Source: an uncultured candidatus Porisulfidus sp.
Lineage (GTDB): Bacteria > Pseudomonadota > Gammaproteobacteria > Poriferisulfidales > Poriferisulfidaceae
Assembly: GCA_965204575.1 (NCBI GenBank)
Contig: OZ241993.1
Span: 1,488,586 to 1,552,585, forward strand
DNA length: 64,000 bases
Direction: 5' to 3'
The stretch's first letter is position 1; each line of letters opens with the position of its first letter. The notes beneath the pieces were generated by a model. The model saw only the letters and a list, made by a program, of their open reading frames with translations. It was not told the DNA's origin and made no database searches. Of the stretch, positions 39,754 through 49,767 are shown in pieces. The translations under genes were made by a program, and so were the position numbers.

Positions 39754-40268
39754 TGGACGCCCAATCCCTTACCCTTCTGGGCTTCGCGGCCTTCAGCGGA
39801 ACCGGGAAAACCGAGTTGCTGACCCGGTTGGTGCCGATTCTGGTGGAGCAGGGATTGCGGATCGGCATGGTCAAGCATGCCCACCATGCGTTCGACGTGG
39901 ACCAACCGGGAAAGGACAGTTACCGGCTGCGCAAGGCCGGTGCCAGGGAAATGCTGATTTCTTCGGGCCGCCGCTGGGCCTTGATGCATGAACTGGGCGA
40001 GGATGAAGAGGAAATGACCCTCGCCCAACTTCTGCCGAAACTGGATGCCGCATCACTTGATTTGATCCTGGTGGAAGGCTTCAAGCGTGAAGCTTTCCCA
40101 AAAATCGAGCTGTGCCGGCCGGACCTGGGACATCCCTACCTGTATCCAGATGATTCCAACATCATCGCCTTGGCGACCGATGCACCCCCTCCGCCCGGAC
40201 TGACGCTACCGCATCTCGACCTGAACGACCCCCCTGCCATCGCTGCTTTTATCCAGACGCTGCTGTAG
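39753..40268 (+). CDS. mobB: Molybdopterin-guanine dinucleotide biosynthesis adapter MobB
   Basis: P-loop FSGTGKTEL. Start overlaps the mobA stop. Confidence 0.85.
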   Translation: MDAQSLTLLGFAAFSGTGKTELLTRLVPILVEQGLRIGMVKHAHHAFDVDQPGKDSYRLRKAGAREMLISSGRRWALMHELGEDEEEMTLAQLLPKLDAASLDLILVEGFKREAFPKIELCRPDLGHPYLYPDDSNIIALATDAPPPPGLTLPHLDLNDPPAIAAFIQTLL

Positions 40269-40434
40269 CAGAACGGCCGGCTCCAGCATCCCGTTTCGTC
40301 CGGTTGAATCCTCTCGCGCAGCCGGCATGCAACAAAACAGCCACTTCTTGCGTGTAAAATAACTTTTCCAAAAATCTCGTCCAGAAGTTCGCGTAGACCG
40401 AAAATGCGCGAAGGGTGTTGGATTTGGAATATTT

Positions 40435-41721
40435 ATGCCCGAGCGAAAAATCAAGTTGACCAACGGCGGAAAGGAAGTCGAACTGTCGATCGCCGAATCG
40501 ACCGAAGGGCCGGCGGCGGTCAACATCAGCAATCTGTACAAGAAACGGGGGTATTTTTCGCTGGATCCCGGATTCGTCTCCACGGCCAGTTGCCGGAGCC
40601 AGATCACCTACATCGACGGAGACCTCGGCCTTCTGCGCTATCGCGGCTATCCAATCGAACAGCTCGCGGAATCCGGCAACCACATCGAAACGGCCTACCT
40701 GCTGCTCCACGGCGAGCTTCCGACACAGAATCAACTGGACACATTCGCCCAAGAAATCAAGTCGGAAACAAAGATTCCCGCGGGTTCGTGGGAACTCATG
40801 CAGGCTTTCGAGAAAGAGGCCCATCCGATGGCCATGCTGATGGCCGGGCTGGCCCATCTCGCTTCGATCTATCACTCCGAACTGGACGTGTTCGACGAGG
40901 CGTACCGCCAGCGCATGGCGCGGCGATTGATTGCGCAGGTCCCGGTCCTGGCGGCGCTCGGGTATCGCTATCGAACCGGCCAGGATCCCATCGACCCCGA
41001 CCCGGAACTCGACTTTACGCCCAATTTCCTCCACATGATGTTCGGCGCAGAGCCCGACCCCCTCTTCTCGCACGCCATGGACATCCTGTTCCTCCTGCAT
41101 GCCGACCACGAACAGAACGCCTCTACGTCCACGGTCCGGCTGTCCGGCAGTTCCGAAACCAGCCCGGTCGCGGCCGTCGCCGCGGGCGTGGCCACGCTTT
41201 GGGGGCCGTCGCACGGCGGCGCCAACGAGGCCGTGATCCAGATGCTGGAGGAAATCCATGCTTCGGGGGTCTCGGTCGAGAAATACGTCGAACAGACCAA
41301 GAGCAAGGAAAGCCATGCCCGCCTGATGGGCTTTGGACACCGGGTCTACAAGAATTACGATCCGCGTGCGAAGCTAATCCAGAAAATCTGCTACAGCCTG
41401 CTGGAAAAGCATGGAGAAGGCAACCCGAACTGCCCGCTCCTGGAAACCGCCATGGCCTTGGAGCAGGCGGCCTTGAACGACGAATATTTCGTGGTTCGCA
41501 AGCTGTACCCGAACGTCGACTTCTACTCGGGCATCATCCTCAGGACCATGGGGATCCCCCTGGACATGTTCACGGTCATCTTCGCCACCGCCCGAACATC
41601 GGGCTGGGTCGCGCACTGGCTCGAGATGATGGCGGACAAGCAGTTCCGGATCGGCCGCCCCCGCCAACTGTATACCGGACACACCCAGCGAGACTACGTC
41701 GCGCTCGACCAGCGCGGCTGA
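40435..41721 (+). CDS. gltA: Citrate synthase (type II, hexameric)
   Basis: 428 aa. …LLHADHEQNASTSTVR… active-site region. Confidence 0.9.
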   Translation: MPERKIKLTNGGKEVELSIAESTEGPAAVNISNLYKKRGYFSLDPGFVSTASCRSQITYIDGDLGLLRYRGYPIEQLAESGNHIETAYLLLHGELPTQNQLDTFAQEIKSETKIPAGSWELMQAFEKEAHPMAMLMAGLAHLASIYHSELDVFDEAYRQRMARRLIAQVPVLAALGYRYRTGQDPIDPDPELDFTPNFLHMMFGAEPDPLFSHAMDILFLLHADHEQNASTSTVRLSGSSETSPVAAVAAGVATLWGPSHGGANEAVIQMLEEIHASGVSVEKYVEQTKSKESHARLMGFGHRVYKNYDPRAKLIQKICYSLLEKHGEGNPNCPLLETAMALEQAALNDEYFVVRKLYPNVDFYSGIILRTMGIPLDMFTVIFATARTSGWVAHWLEMMADKQFRIGRPRQLYTGHTQRDYVALDQRG

Positions 41722-41728
41722 TCCCGGC

Positions 41729-42880
41729 TCAAATCCCGGCAAAAAATTCCTGCACGACGGGCGAGAAGCGTTCGGCGTCGACCAGGAACGAGTCGTGACC
41801 CTGGATGGACGGGAGCACGACCAGTTCGGCTCCGCGCCCAGCCTTTTGCAAGCCGGCCACGATTTCTTTCTGCTGCTCAAGCGGGAAAAGGATGTCACTC
41901 TCCACGCCGACCACCAGGGTCTTGCGCACGTGGACCCGGGCCAGCCCGGCATTGACCGTGCCGCCATGCTCGGCGACATCGAACAGGTCCATCGCCCGGG
42001 ACAGGTACAGATAACTGTTGGCATCGAACGTGCCAATGAATTTCTTCGCGTTATACTCCAGGTAGGACTCCACTTCGAACTCGACGCCGAACATGTCGTC
42101 CGAGGCACGGTGCTCCGGCACCCGGGCCCGATTGAAGCGCTGCCGCCATTCCTGAGCCGCCCGATAGGACATCAGGCCAAGCTTCCGCGCCAAGCGCATC
42201 CCGCAGAGTGGTTCGGCATCCAGTTCGTAGTTGCCGCCCTTCCAGTCCGGGTCGCAGCGAATGATCTCCCGCTGCAGCGACCGCACCGCAATCGTGAATG
42301 GCAAGGCCCGGCAGGCCGCTGAAATCACCAGGAGATAGTCCAGCTCGTCCGGATACTGCAACGCATAGGCCAACGCAGACATGCCGCCCATGGAGGGGCC
42401 GACGACGGTATGGACATGATCCACGCCCAGTTCGCGCATGGCATGGTGCCCGGCCTTCGCAATGTCCTCGATCGACAGTTCCGGAAATCTCCCGCCGTAG
42501 GGCTGGCCGGTCACCGGGTCGCAGGAGGAAGGCCCCGTCGAGCCGAAGCAGCTGCCCAGAGAGTTGACGCAGACCACGAAAAATCGATCCGTGTCGATCG
42601 CCTTGCCAGGCCCGACCATGTATTCCCACCAGCCAGCCGTGTCGTCTTCTTCATTGGACGCGGCATGGGCGGTCGGGGACAGCCCGGTGAAGATCAGGAC
42701 CGCGTTGTCCTGATTTCGCGACAGGGTTCCCCAGGTCTCATAGCCGACCTGGACCTGGGCCAGGCGGCCGCCACGATGCATCACGAAATCGGTTTGCCCG
42801 TAATCCCCGGGCAAGTCGAGGATGCGGGTCGCCGGCGGCGTGCGGTTATGCGCGCAGGGCTGGAAGTCGGGATGAGTCAT
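41729..42880 (-). CDS. metX: Homoserine O-acyltransferase MetX (acetyl- or succinyl-transferase)
   Basis: Alpha/beta hydrolase with GPSMGGM nucleophile motif. Start set at MTHPDFQ, which overlaps the upstream gene stop by 4 nt. Confidence 0.8.
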   Translation of the reverse strand: MTHPDFQPCAHNRTPPATRILDLPGDYGQTDFVMHRGGRLAQVQVGYETWGTLSRNQDNAVLIFTGLSPTAHAASNEEDDTAGWWEYMVGPGKAIDTDRFFVVCVNSLGSCFGSTGPSSCDPVTGQPYGGRFPELSIEDIAKAGHHAMRELGVDHVHTVVGPSMGGMSALAYALQYPDELDYLLVISAACRALPFTIAVRSLQREIIRCDPDWKGGNYELDAEPLCGMRLARKLGLMSYRAAQEWRQRFNRARVPEHRASDDMFGVEFEVESYLEYNAKKFIGTFDANSYLYLSRAMDLFDVAEHGGTVNAGLARVHVRKTLVVGVESDILFPLEQQKEIVAGLQKAGRGAELVVLPSIQGHDSFLVDAERFSPVVQEFFAGI

Positions 42881-43338
42881 GTGCCGCCTCCGGAATTCGG
42901 CGCTAGATGATAGCCCCGTCGAAGGCAATCCCGCAACCAGTCGAACAGGAACCGGTTCCCGGAATAGCGGCGGGACAGCCATTCCTCCCGGGGGCTTCCT
43001 TCCGGAACCGGATTCGGGAGCAGCGGAGCCCCGCGGCGGGCCAGCAGTTCGACCTGCCGGGAGTCCCGGTACAGACGCAACTGTACATCCGGTGAGAATT
43101 CCGCCCCGTCCCGGCGGCAAGCCAACCCCAGCGTGGCCGTATGCCGGGCATGCTCGTAGAACACCAGTTGCAGCGGGGGCCGGCCCGGCAGGGAGTCGTC
43201 GAGATACGCATGAGGCTGCATGGCGGGGTTGCGCAGCGATGGGCACAGGGCGAGCAGGCATTGGTAGTTGGCGTCGTAGAGCGCCATCAACACGGCAGGC
43301 TGCGGGATGGCGGCCAAGGAGGTGGAGAATTCAGTCAT
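42877..43338 (-). CDS. Conserved hypothetical protein (153 aa), translationally coupled between sdhE and metX
   Basis: No family recognised by eye. Overlaps both neighbours, with GC typical of the host. Confidence 0.45.
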   Translation of the reverse strand: MTEFSTSLAAIPQPAVLMALYDANYQCLLALCPSLRNPAMQPHAYLDDSLPGRPPLQLVFYEHARHTATLGLACRRDGAEFSPDVQLRLYRDSRQVELLARRGAPLLPNPVPEGSPREEWLSRRYSGNRFLFDWLRDCLRRGYHLAPNSGGGT

Positions 43339-43579
43339 GATCCGGCGTGCCTGTACGTATTTTCCTCGCGACCGACTCCATCTCCGGGTCCGGGGCGGCT
43401 TGTGCCCCCAGGAACATTGCCTGGAGTTCAGGGTCCGGGCATTCCAGCAGCCGCGCGAATGCCGCTCGCTCGGCGGTAGAGGCCCGAGGATATTCTTGAT
43501 CCAGATACCGCATCAGCATGAGATCCAACTCCCGAGTGCCACGCCGGCAGTTCCAGCGTAACCGGTCCTGCTCCGACAT
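43331..43579 (-). CDS. sdhE: FAD assembly factor SdhE (YgfY/Sdh5 family)
   Basis: RWNCRRGTRELD signature motif, 82 aa. Confidence 0.85.
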   Translation of the reverse strand: MSEQDRLRWNCRRGTRELDLMLMRYLDQEYPRASTAERAAFARLLECPDPELQAMFLGAQAAPDPEMESVARKIRTGTPDHD

Positions 43580-43580
43580 G

Positions 43581-44363
43581 TCAGGACTTGCGCAAGGCCA
43601 CCATTTTCTTGATTTCGGCGATGGCCCGCGCAGGATTCAGCCCCTTGGGACAGGTCTGGGTGCAATTCATGATCGTGTGGCAACGGTACAGCTTGAAGGC
43701 ATCCTCCAGGGACTCCAGCCGTTCGTCCGTCGCCTGGTCGCGACTGTCCGCGAGCCAGCGCCATGCCTGCAGCAAGGCCGCAGGCCCCAGGTACTTGTCT
43801 GGATTCCACCAGTAGCTCGGGCAACTGGTGGAGCAGCAGGCGCACAGGATGCACTCTTCCAGGCCATCCAGCCGGGCACGCTCCTCCTTCTGCTGCAGAC
43901 GTTCGCGTTCCGGTTCGTCCGCGCCATTCTTCAGCCACGGTTCCACGGCGGCGTACTGCCGGTAGAACCCCGACAGGTCCGTCACCAGGTCCCGGACCAC
44001 CGGCATGTGCGGCAGCGGATAGACCCGGATGTCCCCCTTGAACTGGTCCACCCCGCAGGTGCACGCCAGGGTATTGCGTCCATTGATGTTCATGGAGCAG
44101 GAACCGCAGATTCCCTCGCGGCAGGAGCGGCGGAACGACAGGGTCGGGTCGACCTCGTTCTTGATCTTGATGAGCACGTCCAGGATCATCGGGCCGCACT
44201 GGTCCAGGTCCACTTCGTAGTGGTCCAGTCTCGGGTTCTCCCCTTCGTCCGGCTCGTAGCGGTAGACCTGGAACGACCGGACGTTTTCGGCACCCGACGG
44301 TGCTGGATACCGGCGTCCGTCCTTGCGCACGACCGCATTGGCAGGAAGGGTGAATTGAGCCAT
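43581..44363 (-). CDS. sdhB: Succinate dehydrogenase iron-sulfur subunit
   Basis: [10 protein letters not shown] and CxxCxxC ferredoxin motifs. Confidence 0.9.
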   Translation of the reverse strand: MAQFTLPANAVVRKDGRRYPAPSGAENVRSFQVYRYEPDEGENPRLDHYEVDLDQCGPMILDVLIKIKNEVDPTLSFRRSCREGICGSCSMNINGRNTLACTCGVDQFKGDIRVYPLPHMPVVRDLVTDLSGFYRQYAAVEPWLKNGADEPERERLQQKEERARLDGLEECILCACCSTSCPSYWWNPDKYLGPAALLQAWRWLADSRDQATDERLESLEDAFKLYRCHTIMNCTQTCPKGLNPARAIAEIKKMVALRKS

Positions 44364-44382
44364 GGTCCGGTTCTTTCTCGTG

Positions 44383-46173
44383 TCAGTATACGCGGGCTTT
44401 CGGCGGGATCACTTCCACCTCGTCATCCAGAGTATGCAAGCGCACATCCCGGTATTCGATGCGGCATGATCCCTGTTCGCCGAACCAGCAGACCGTGTGC
44501 TTCATCCATTCGTCGTCATTGCGCTCCGGGTAATCTTCCCGGGCATGGGCGCCGCGGCTCTCCAGGCGGTTCAACGCGGACTCCAGCGTCATCAGCCCCT
44601 GCGGCAGCAGGTTCTGCAGTTCCAGGGTCTCCACGAGATCGGTATTCCATATCATGGATCGGTCGCTGACCTGAATGTCGCCGAAAGCCTGATTTGCGGC
44701 CCGGACCTGCTCCAGGCCATCCTTCAACGTTTCGCCGGTGCGGAATACTGCCGCGTGCTTCTGCATGATGCGTTGAAGCTGCAGGCGGAGTTGCGCGGTC
44801 GGAGTGTCGCCGTTGGCATGGCGAACCTTGTCGAACTGATCCAGGATCCGCTCCACTGCCGAGGGAGGCGCTTCCGGGTGAGCACCACCCGGCGTAATGA
44901 TTTCCGTCGCCCGTATGGCCGCCGCGCGGCCGAAGACGACCAAGTCGAGCAAAGAGTTGGAGCCCAGGCGGTTCGCCCCGTGTACCGAAACGCAGGCCGC
45001 CTCCCCGATGGCCATCAATCCCGGCACCACCGCATCGGGGTTCCCATCCCGCACCGTCACCACTTCGCCTTTGTAGTTGGTCGGAATGCCGCCCATGGTG
45101 TAGTGCACCGTCGGCAAGACCGGGATCGGCTCACGAGTCACGTCGACCCCAGCGAAGATGCGTGCCGATTCCGCGATGCCGGGCAGGCGCTCCTTGATGA
45201 CGTCGGCACCGAGGTGTTCCAGATGCAAGTGGATATGGTCCGCTTCAGGGCCACAGCCTCGCTCTTCGTTGATCTCGATGGTCATCGAGCGGCTCACCAC
45301 GTCGCGCGACGCCAAATCCTTGGCGTTCGGCGCGTACCGTTCCATGAAACGTTCGCCCTTGCTGTTGGTCAGGTAGCCTCCCTCTCCCCGCACGCCCTCC
45401 GTAATCAGGCAACCGGCGCCATAAATGCCGGTCGGATGGAATTGCACGAATTCCATGTCTTGCAGGGGCAGCCCGGCCCGTTGCACCATGCCGTTGCCGT
45501 CCCCGGTGCAGGTATGTGCCGAGGTGCAGGAGAAATAGGTTCGCCCGTATCCTCCCGTCGCCAGCAACACCGTGTGGGCGTGGAAATGGTGCAGTTCCCC
45601 AGTCGCAAGATCCCAGGCGACCACGCCGCAGCACCGGCCGTCGTCGTCCATGACCAGATCCATGGCGAAGTATTCGATGAAGAATTGGGCCTGGTGTTTG
45701 AGAGACTGCTGATACAGCGTGTGCAGGATGGCGTGACCGGTTCGGTCTGCGGCAGCACAGGTGCGTTGCGCGATCCCCTCGCCGAAATGCGTCGTCATGC
45801 CGCCGAAGGGACGCTGGTAGATCTTGCCTTCGTCCGTCCGTGAAAACGGGACGCCGTAATGCTCCAGCTCGATGATGGCCGGAATGGCTTCGCGGCACAT
45901 GTACTGGATGGCGTCCTGATCGCCCAGCCAGTCGGAACCCTTGACCGTGTCGTACATGTGCCAGCGCCAATCGTCCGGGCCCATGTTGCCGAGCGCGGCG
46001 CTGACCCCGCCCTGCGCGGCGACCGTGTGGCTGCGAGTCGGGAACACCTTGGTGATGCAGGCGGTCGACAAGCCCTTCACGGCCATGCCCAAAGTCGCGC
46101 GAAGGCCGGCCCCGCCGGCGCCGACCACCACGACATCGTAATGATGCTCGATCAGTTTGTAGGCGTCAGTCAT
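44383..46173 (-). CDS. sdhA: Succinate dehydrogenase flavoprotein subunit
   Basis: [16 protein letters not shown] motif and the covalent-FAD His context ([10 protein letters not shown]). Confidence 0.9.
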   Translation of the reverse strand: MTDAYKLIEHHYDVVVVGAGGAGLRATLGMAVKGLSTACITKVFPTRSHTVAAQGGVSAALGNMGPDDWRWHMYDTVKGSDWLGDQDAIQYMCREAIPAIIELEHYGVPFSRTDEGKIYQRPFGGMTTHFGEGIAQRTCAAADRTGHAILHTLYQQSLKHQAQFFIEYFAMDLVMDDDGRCCGVVAWDLATGELHHFHAHTVLLATGGYGRTYFSCTSAHTCTGDGNGMVQRAGLPLQDMEFVQFHPTGIYGAGCLITEGVRGEGGYLTNSKGERFMERYAPNAKDLASRDVVSRSMTIEINEERGCGPEADHIHLHLEHLGADVIKERLPGIAESARIFAGVDVTREPIPVLPTVHYTMGGIPTNYKGEVVTVRDGNPDAVVPGLMAIGEAACVSVHGANRLGSNSLLDLVVFGRAAAIRATEIITPGGAHPEAPPSAVERILDQFDKVRHANGDTPTAQLRLQLQRIMQKHAAVFRTGETLKDGLEQVRAANQAFGDIQVSDRSMIWNTDLVETLELQNLLPQGLMTLESALNRLESRGAHAREDYPERNDDEWMKHTVCWFGEQGSCRIEYRDVRLHTLDDEVEVIPPKARVY

Positions 46174-46508
46174 GCCAGGAAATGCAGGAGCCCCGCAAAG
46201 GCGGCAACGAGGGAAAGGAGGAGGATCAGTTGGGTGATGCGGTGCACGCTCCGGTTCCAGCCCGGATCGCTGACATAGTCGTCGATGATGACTTCAAGGC
46301 CGAGTTTGGCATGGTAGAGCGATGCCGGGAAGAACAGGCCCAGCCAGAGAACGGTGTCGCCCTGCCCGACCCATTGCCCAAAATGAGCCAGGTCCGCCAG
46401 GTTTCCGCTGCCCAGAGAGTAGATCAGCCAAACCGACAGGGGAATCAACGCGACTGAGGTGATCCGCTCCAACCACCAGTGCCGCCGTGCCGCGCCGGAC
46501 CCGCTCAT
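46170..46508 (-). CDS. sdhD: Succinate dehydrogenase hydrophobic membrane anchor SdhD
   Basis: 113 aa from the internal Met, 3 TM helices, 4-nt overlap with sdhA. Confidence 0.75.
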   Translation of the reverse strand: MSGSGAARRHWWLERITSVALIPLSVWLIYSLGSGNLADLAHFGQWVGQGDTVLWLGLFFPASLYHAKLGLEVIIDDYVSDPGWNRSVHRITQLILLLSLVAAFAGLLHFLA

Positions 46509-46909
46509 GCCCAGATCCAGGCCCAGACGGCGGCTGTCAGTGTGGTGGATCCTGCCAAGACCAGCCAATTGCTTGCCTGCACGGCCGGCATGCTGAGCCC
46601 GATGCAGGCATCCCAGACCAGGTGCCGGATTCCGGTGCACAAGTGAAAGGCCAGCGCGAATGTCCAGGCGATCAGCCCAACCTGTCCCAGCGGATGCTGC
46701 AGCCCCGCCATCGCGATTTGCCAGAGGACCGGCACATAGGCCGCTGCCGCGATCAGGAAAGCCAACGCGACCGCCGCAGCCGTCAACAAGACGCCCGTGA
46801 TGCGATGGCTGATCGACAGAACCGCTGCCAGCGGCAGGCGATAGATCTGCAGATGGGGCGATACGGGGTGCTCAGGCAACATCGTGCACGAGAAAATTGG
46901 AAGCAGCAA
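46505..46909 (-). CDS. sdhC: Succinate dehydrogenase cytochrome b556 subunit SdhC
   Basis: …HPVSPHLQIYRLPLAAVLSISHRITGV… aligns with SdhC. The real start may be the Met at 46882. Confidence 0.75.
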   Translation of the reverse strand: MLLPIFSCTMLPEHPVSPHLQIYRLPLAAVLSISHRITGVLLTAAAVALAFLIAAAAYVPVLWQIAMAGLQHPLGQVGLIAWTFALAFHLCTGIRHLVWDACIGLSMPAVQASNWLVLAGSTTLTAAVWAWIWA

Positions 46910-47004
46910 ACAGGGAAAAATTCAAGTTTATTATGCCAAAACCGGCCGCAAGCGGAGCCAGCCCCGCGCCTTGGGGCGGCGGACTTGATTCATCCGGAGG
47001 GGGT

Positions 47005-47080
<76 letters not shown>

Positions 47081-47152
47081 GCCACTGTGGCGGGTTATTT
47101 TCCCTGTTCGGCGGGCAAGTGTCAATTCGCAATAAGGTAAAATCCATGCGCC

Positions 47153-47695
47153 ATGCAAACACTTCCACGTGGGCAACAAGGCGCATGGATCGCCATCGGG
47201 CTGATCCTCCTGATCGTCTTCTCCCGGCTCATCCCGCACCCCCCGAACTTCACCCCCGTGCTGGCGGCGGCGCTCTTCTGCGGCACCCTGTACGCACGCC
47301 CTTCCCACGCCCTTTTGGTTCCGCTGCTCGGCATGGTGGCTGGAGACCTGGTGCTGGGATTCCACGACCAGGTCTGGGCCGTCTACCTGGCCGTCGCCTT
47401 GTGCGCGGGGCTCGGCCGCTGGATGCTTAGCCCTCCGAGCGTGCTGACCACCCTGGGAGCCGGCGTTTCCGGCTCCGCGCTGTTCTTCCTGCTGACCAAC
47501 TTCGCGGTTTGGCTGCAGGGCGATTTTTATCCGATGACCCCGGCCGGACTGCTCGCCTGCTATGTGGCTGCCATTCCGTTTTTCCACCACACGCTGCTCT
47601 CGACCCTGCTGTTTGGGATTGCCTTGTTCGGCCTTTCACGGCTGCTCCAAAACAGCCAGCCTTCCGGCGGCCTGCTTCCCACGCAACATTATTGA
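47153..47695 (+). CDS. DUF6580-like small integral membrane protein
   Basis: 180 aa, 5-6 TM helices, N-terminal …IPHPPNFTPV…. Family assignment is from memory. Confidence 0.45.
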   Translation: MQTLPRGQQGAWIAIGLILLIVFSRLIPHPPNFTPVLAAALFCGTLYARPSHALLVPLLGMVAGDLVLGFHDQVWAVYLAVALCAGLGRWMLSPPSVLTTLGAGVSGSALFFLLTNFAVWLQGDFYPMTPAGLLACYVAAIPFFHHTLLSTLLFGIALFGLSRLLQNSQPSGGLLPTQHY

Positions 47696-48423
47696 TGACT
47701 AGAAAACCGATGGCCTGGCTCGGCGCCCTGATGCTGGCCGCAAGCTTTTCCTCCTTTGCCACGGGTGATTCCGCGCCACAGGTCCTGGACGGGCTGTGGA
47801 GTGGCGTTTTCGACATCAATGGAGAAGGGCAATTTGATTTCACCGCCTTGTATATCGGCGGGGTCGTCTCGGCTTACAGCGTAGATTCCAACGTGGTCTA
47901 CCGGGGAACCGTGGCCGGAGACGAGCAGCAGTACCAATCCGACATGTCCATATTCCTCCGGGACGGCTCCCTTTTAGCAACCGTGCAGTTGAACGGGACG
48001 GTGAGCGAACAAGCCACCGTGATCACGGCACGCTACCTGACCACGGGCAAGGACACCGGCACGCTGACCCTGAACTACGATCCGCTGTTCGAGCGCAAGG
48101 TCGATGTCGCTGAACTCGCGGGACTGTGGGAGTACATCTCGGATCAACTCAGCATCAGCATCAACGTGATGCCGACGGGCGAGATCAAGGGGACGGACGG
48201 TACCGGATGCAACTACTATGGAACCCTCGAAAAGATTCGCCCCGGCATCAACGCCCTGAGCGTAAACCTGGAACTTGCCTCCTGCAGTACCGCGGACGGT
48301 CACTACACCGGGATGGCTCATGTCGGGGACGCCCAGGTCCAGAACGACACCCTGCATCTGCACGTCACGGGCGATCACTTCGGGCTTTACTACCCCCTGC
48401 AGAAGATCGCCTCAGCGCAGTAG
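47695..48423 (+). CDS. Secreted hypothetical protein with internally duplicated roughly 100-aa domain
   Basis: Signal peptide MTRKPMAWLGALMLAASFSSFA. Repeats begin LDGLWSGVF… and LAGLWEYIS…. ATGA overlap with the upstream gene stop. Confidence 0.5.
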   Translation: MTRKPMAWLGALMLAASFSSFATGDSAPQVLDGLWSGVFDINGEGQFDFTALYIGGVVSAYSVDSNVVYRGTVAGDEQQYQSDMSIFLRDGSLLATVQLNGTVSEQATVITARYLTTGKDTGTLTLNYDPLFERKVDVAELAGLWEYISDQLSISINVMPTGEIKGTDGTGCNYYGTLEKIRPGINALSVNLELASCSTADGHYTGMAHVGDAQVQNDTLHLHVTGDHFGLYYPLQKIASAQ

Positions 48424-49224
48424 TTCTCCCCGGCGCAGATGCGCCCCCACCCGCTCCCTGAAAAACTCTCGCGCTTGATTCATCGCGTCTTGGGCGACCT
48501 GGGCATCGTAGGCCACCCGCTGCCCCAGGTAAATGCTGTCGACGCCCGGTGCGTCGAAGCTGTGATAAGCATGTTCGTAGATCACCAGTTCCACCCGCTC
48601 GGGGCGGACCGAGATCATTACCCGGCAGCGCTGCGCCGGCGTCCACTGATCCTGCCCGCCGATCAGGATCAGCAGGTCCGTGTGCGAGTTCCCGAACTGA
48701 TCCAGGCACCAGGGTGCGACCGCGACCGCTCCCGCAAACGGCTGTTTTGAGTTCAGGTCATCGTGCAAAGCAAGCAGGACCGTCGTCGCGCCGTGCGAGA
48801 ACCCGGTCAGGTAGACTTCCTGATCGGCCACCCAAGGCTGCCCCATCAGCCACCGCTTCGCTGCGTGCGCGTCCTGGGCTCGCTGCCAGGTGGGAATGGC
48901 GAACAGGCTCGCACAGATGTTGTCTTGCCCGCGAGGCCCGAAACTGTCGACCTGCAGGACTGCGAAGCCCCAGTCGAGATAGTGTTTGAACCAAGGTCGC
49001 GAACGTACCGGCCAGATTCCGTTGCAGCCATGCAGATCCACGATGGCCGGATGCGGGCCCTGCCCCTCCGGCCGATACAGGTAGGCGGCCAGCTCGATCG
49101 TGTCCTCGGATTGGTAAACCGGCGCGGTAAACGTGATTTCCTGCGGCGGCGGCAAGGTTTCGGCCGAAGCGGCGGAAAGCCACAAGACCGCAACAAGAGC
49201 GTACTTGGATTTATGCATTGACAT
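48412..49224 (-). CDS. Dienelactone hydrolase family protein (secreted)
   Basis: Signal peptide, DLHGCNG and GFSHGA nucleophile motifs. Confidence 0.7.
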   Translation of the reverse strand: MSMHKSKYALVAVLWLSAASAETLPPPQEITFTAPVYQSEDTIELAAYLYRPEGQGPHPAIVDLHGCNGIWPVRSRPWFKHYLDWGFAVLQVDSFGPRGQDNICASLFAIPTWQRAQDAHAAKRWLMGQPWVADQEVYLTGFSHGATTVLLALHDDLNSKQPFAGAVAVAPWCLDQFGNSHTDLLILIGGQDQWTPAQRCRVMISVRPERVELVIYEHAYHSFDAPGVDSIYLGQRVAYDAQVAQDAMNQAREFFRERVGAHLRRGELLR

Positions 49225-49756
49225 GGCGTGCCAAGCGGCGGTAGCGATGTCGGAGGTCGGCCAGCGAATAAGCGGCATTGGCTGGGCTCGGGTTGGGTGT
49301 GACATACACACGCGCCTCCTCGATCATTCGCGACTGTAATCCCCAGCGGATTTCTCTGGGAGACAGGTCGAGGGCGTATTTCAGAAAGTGACGATACGCC
49401 TGCTTGCCGTGAAACCAAGCCCAGGTTGGCTGGATTTCTTCGATCAACTGTAGCAGGCGCGGCGCATCGCGCCGGAAATCTCCGGCCCGCAATTCATGCC
49501 CCTGCCGGCTCGGCCGCTTGACCACGTCGGTAAACCCGATCCGGTCCCGCTTCAGCAGCACCTGGTGGCGCGATCGCGAGGGCTCGCCTTGAGATTCGGC
49601 TAATCCCGACTCATCGAAAGCTCGCCAGAAACGATTCCGAGGATTGGCGAAATAGAAGCCTTCGCGGGCCGAGACGAGAGAAGGATTAAGCCCTATCGAC
49701 AGGACTCGCAAACCAGAATCGATGTAATCCGGGAGGGTTGCGCGGGACGAAACCAC
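49211..49756 (-). CDS. mug: G/U mismatch-specific DNA glycosylase (Mug/TDG, UDG family 2)
   Basis: VLSIGLNPS…ANPRNRFW and C-terminal PNPSP motifs. Confidence 0.75.
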   Translation of the reverse strand: MVSSRATLPDYIDSGLRVLSIGLNPSLVSAREGFYFANPRNRFWRAFDESGLAESQGEPSRSRHQVLLKRDRIGFTDVVKRPSRQGHELRAGDFRRDAPRLLQLIEEIQPTWAWFHGKQAYRHFLKYALDLSPREIRWGLQSRMIEEARVYVTPNPSPANAAYSLADLRHRYRRLARHVNA

Positions 49757-49767
49757 AGCCGGGCTCC

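Noticed and set aside
40249-41340. 363-aa minus-strand ORF and 464-aa plus ORF (40404-41798)
   Set aside because: Overlap citrate synthase in other frames. gltA assignment is unambiguous.
44497-45843. 448-aa plus-strand ORF
   Set aside because: Antisense to sdhA.
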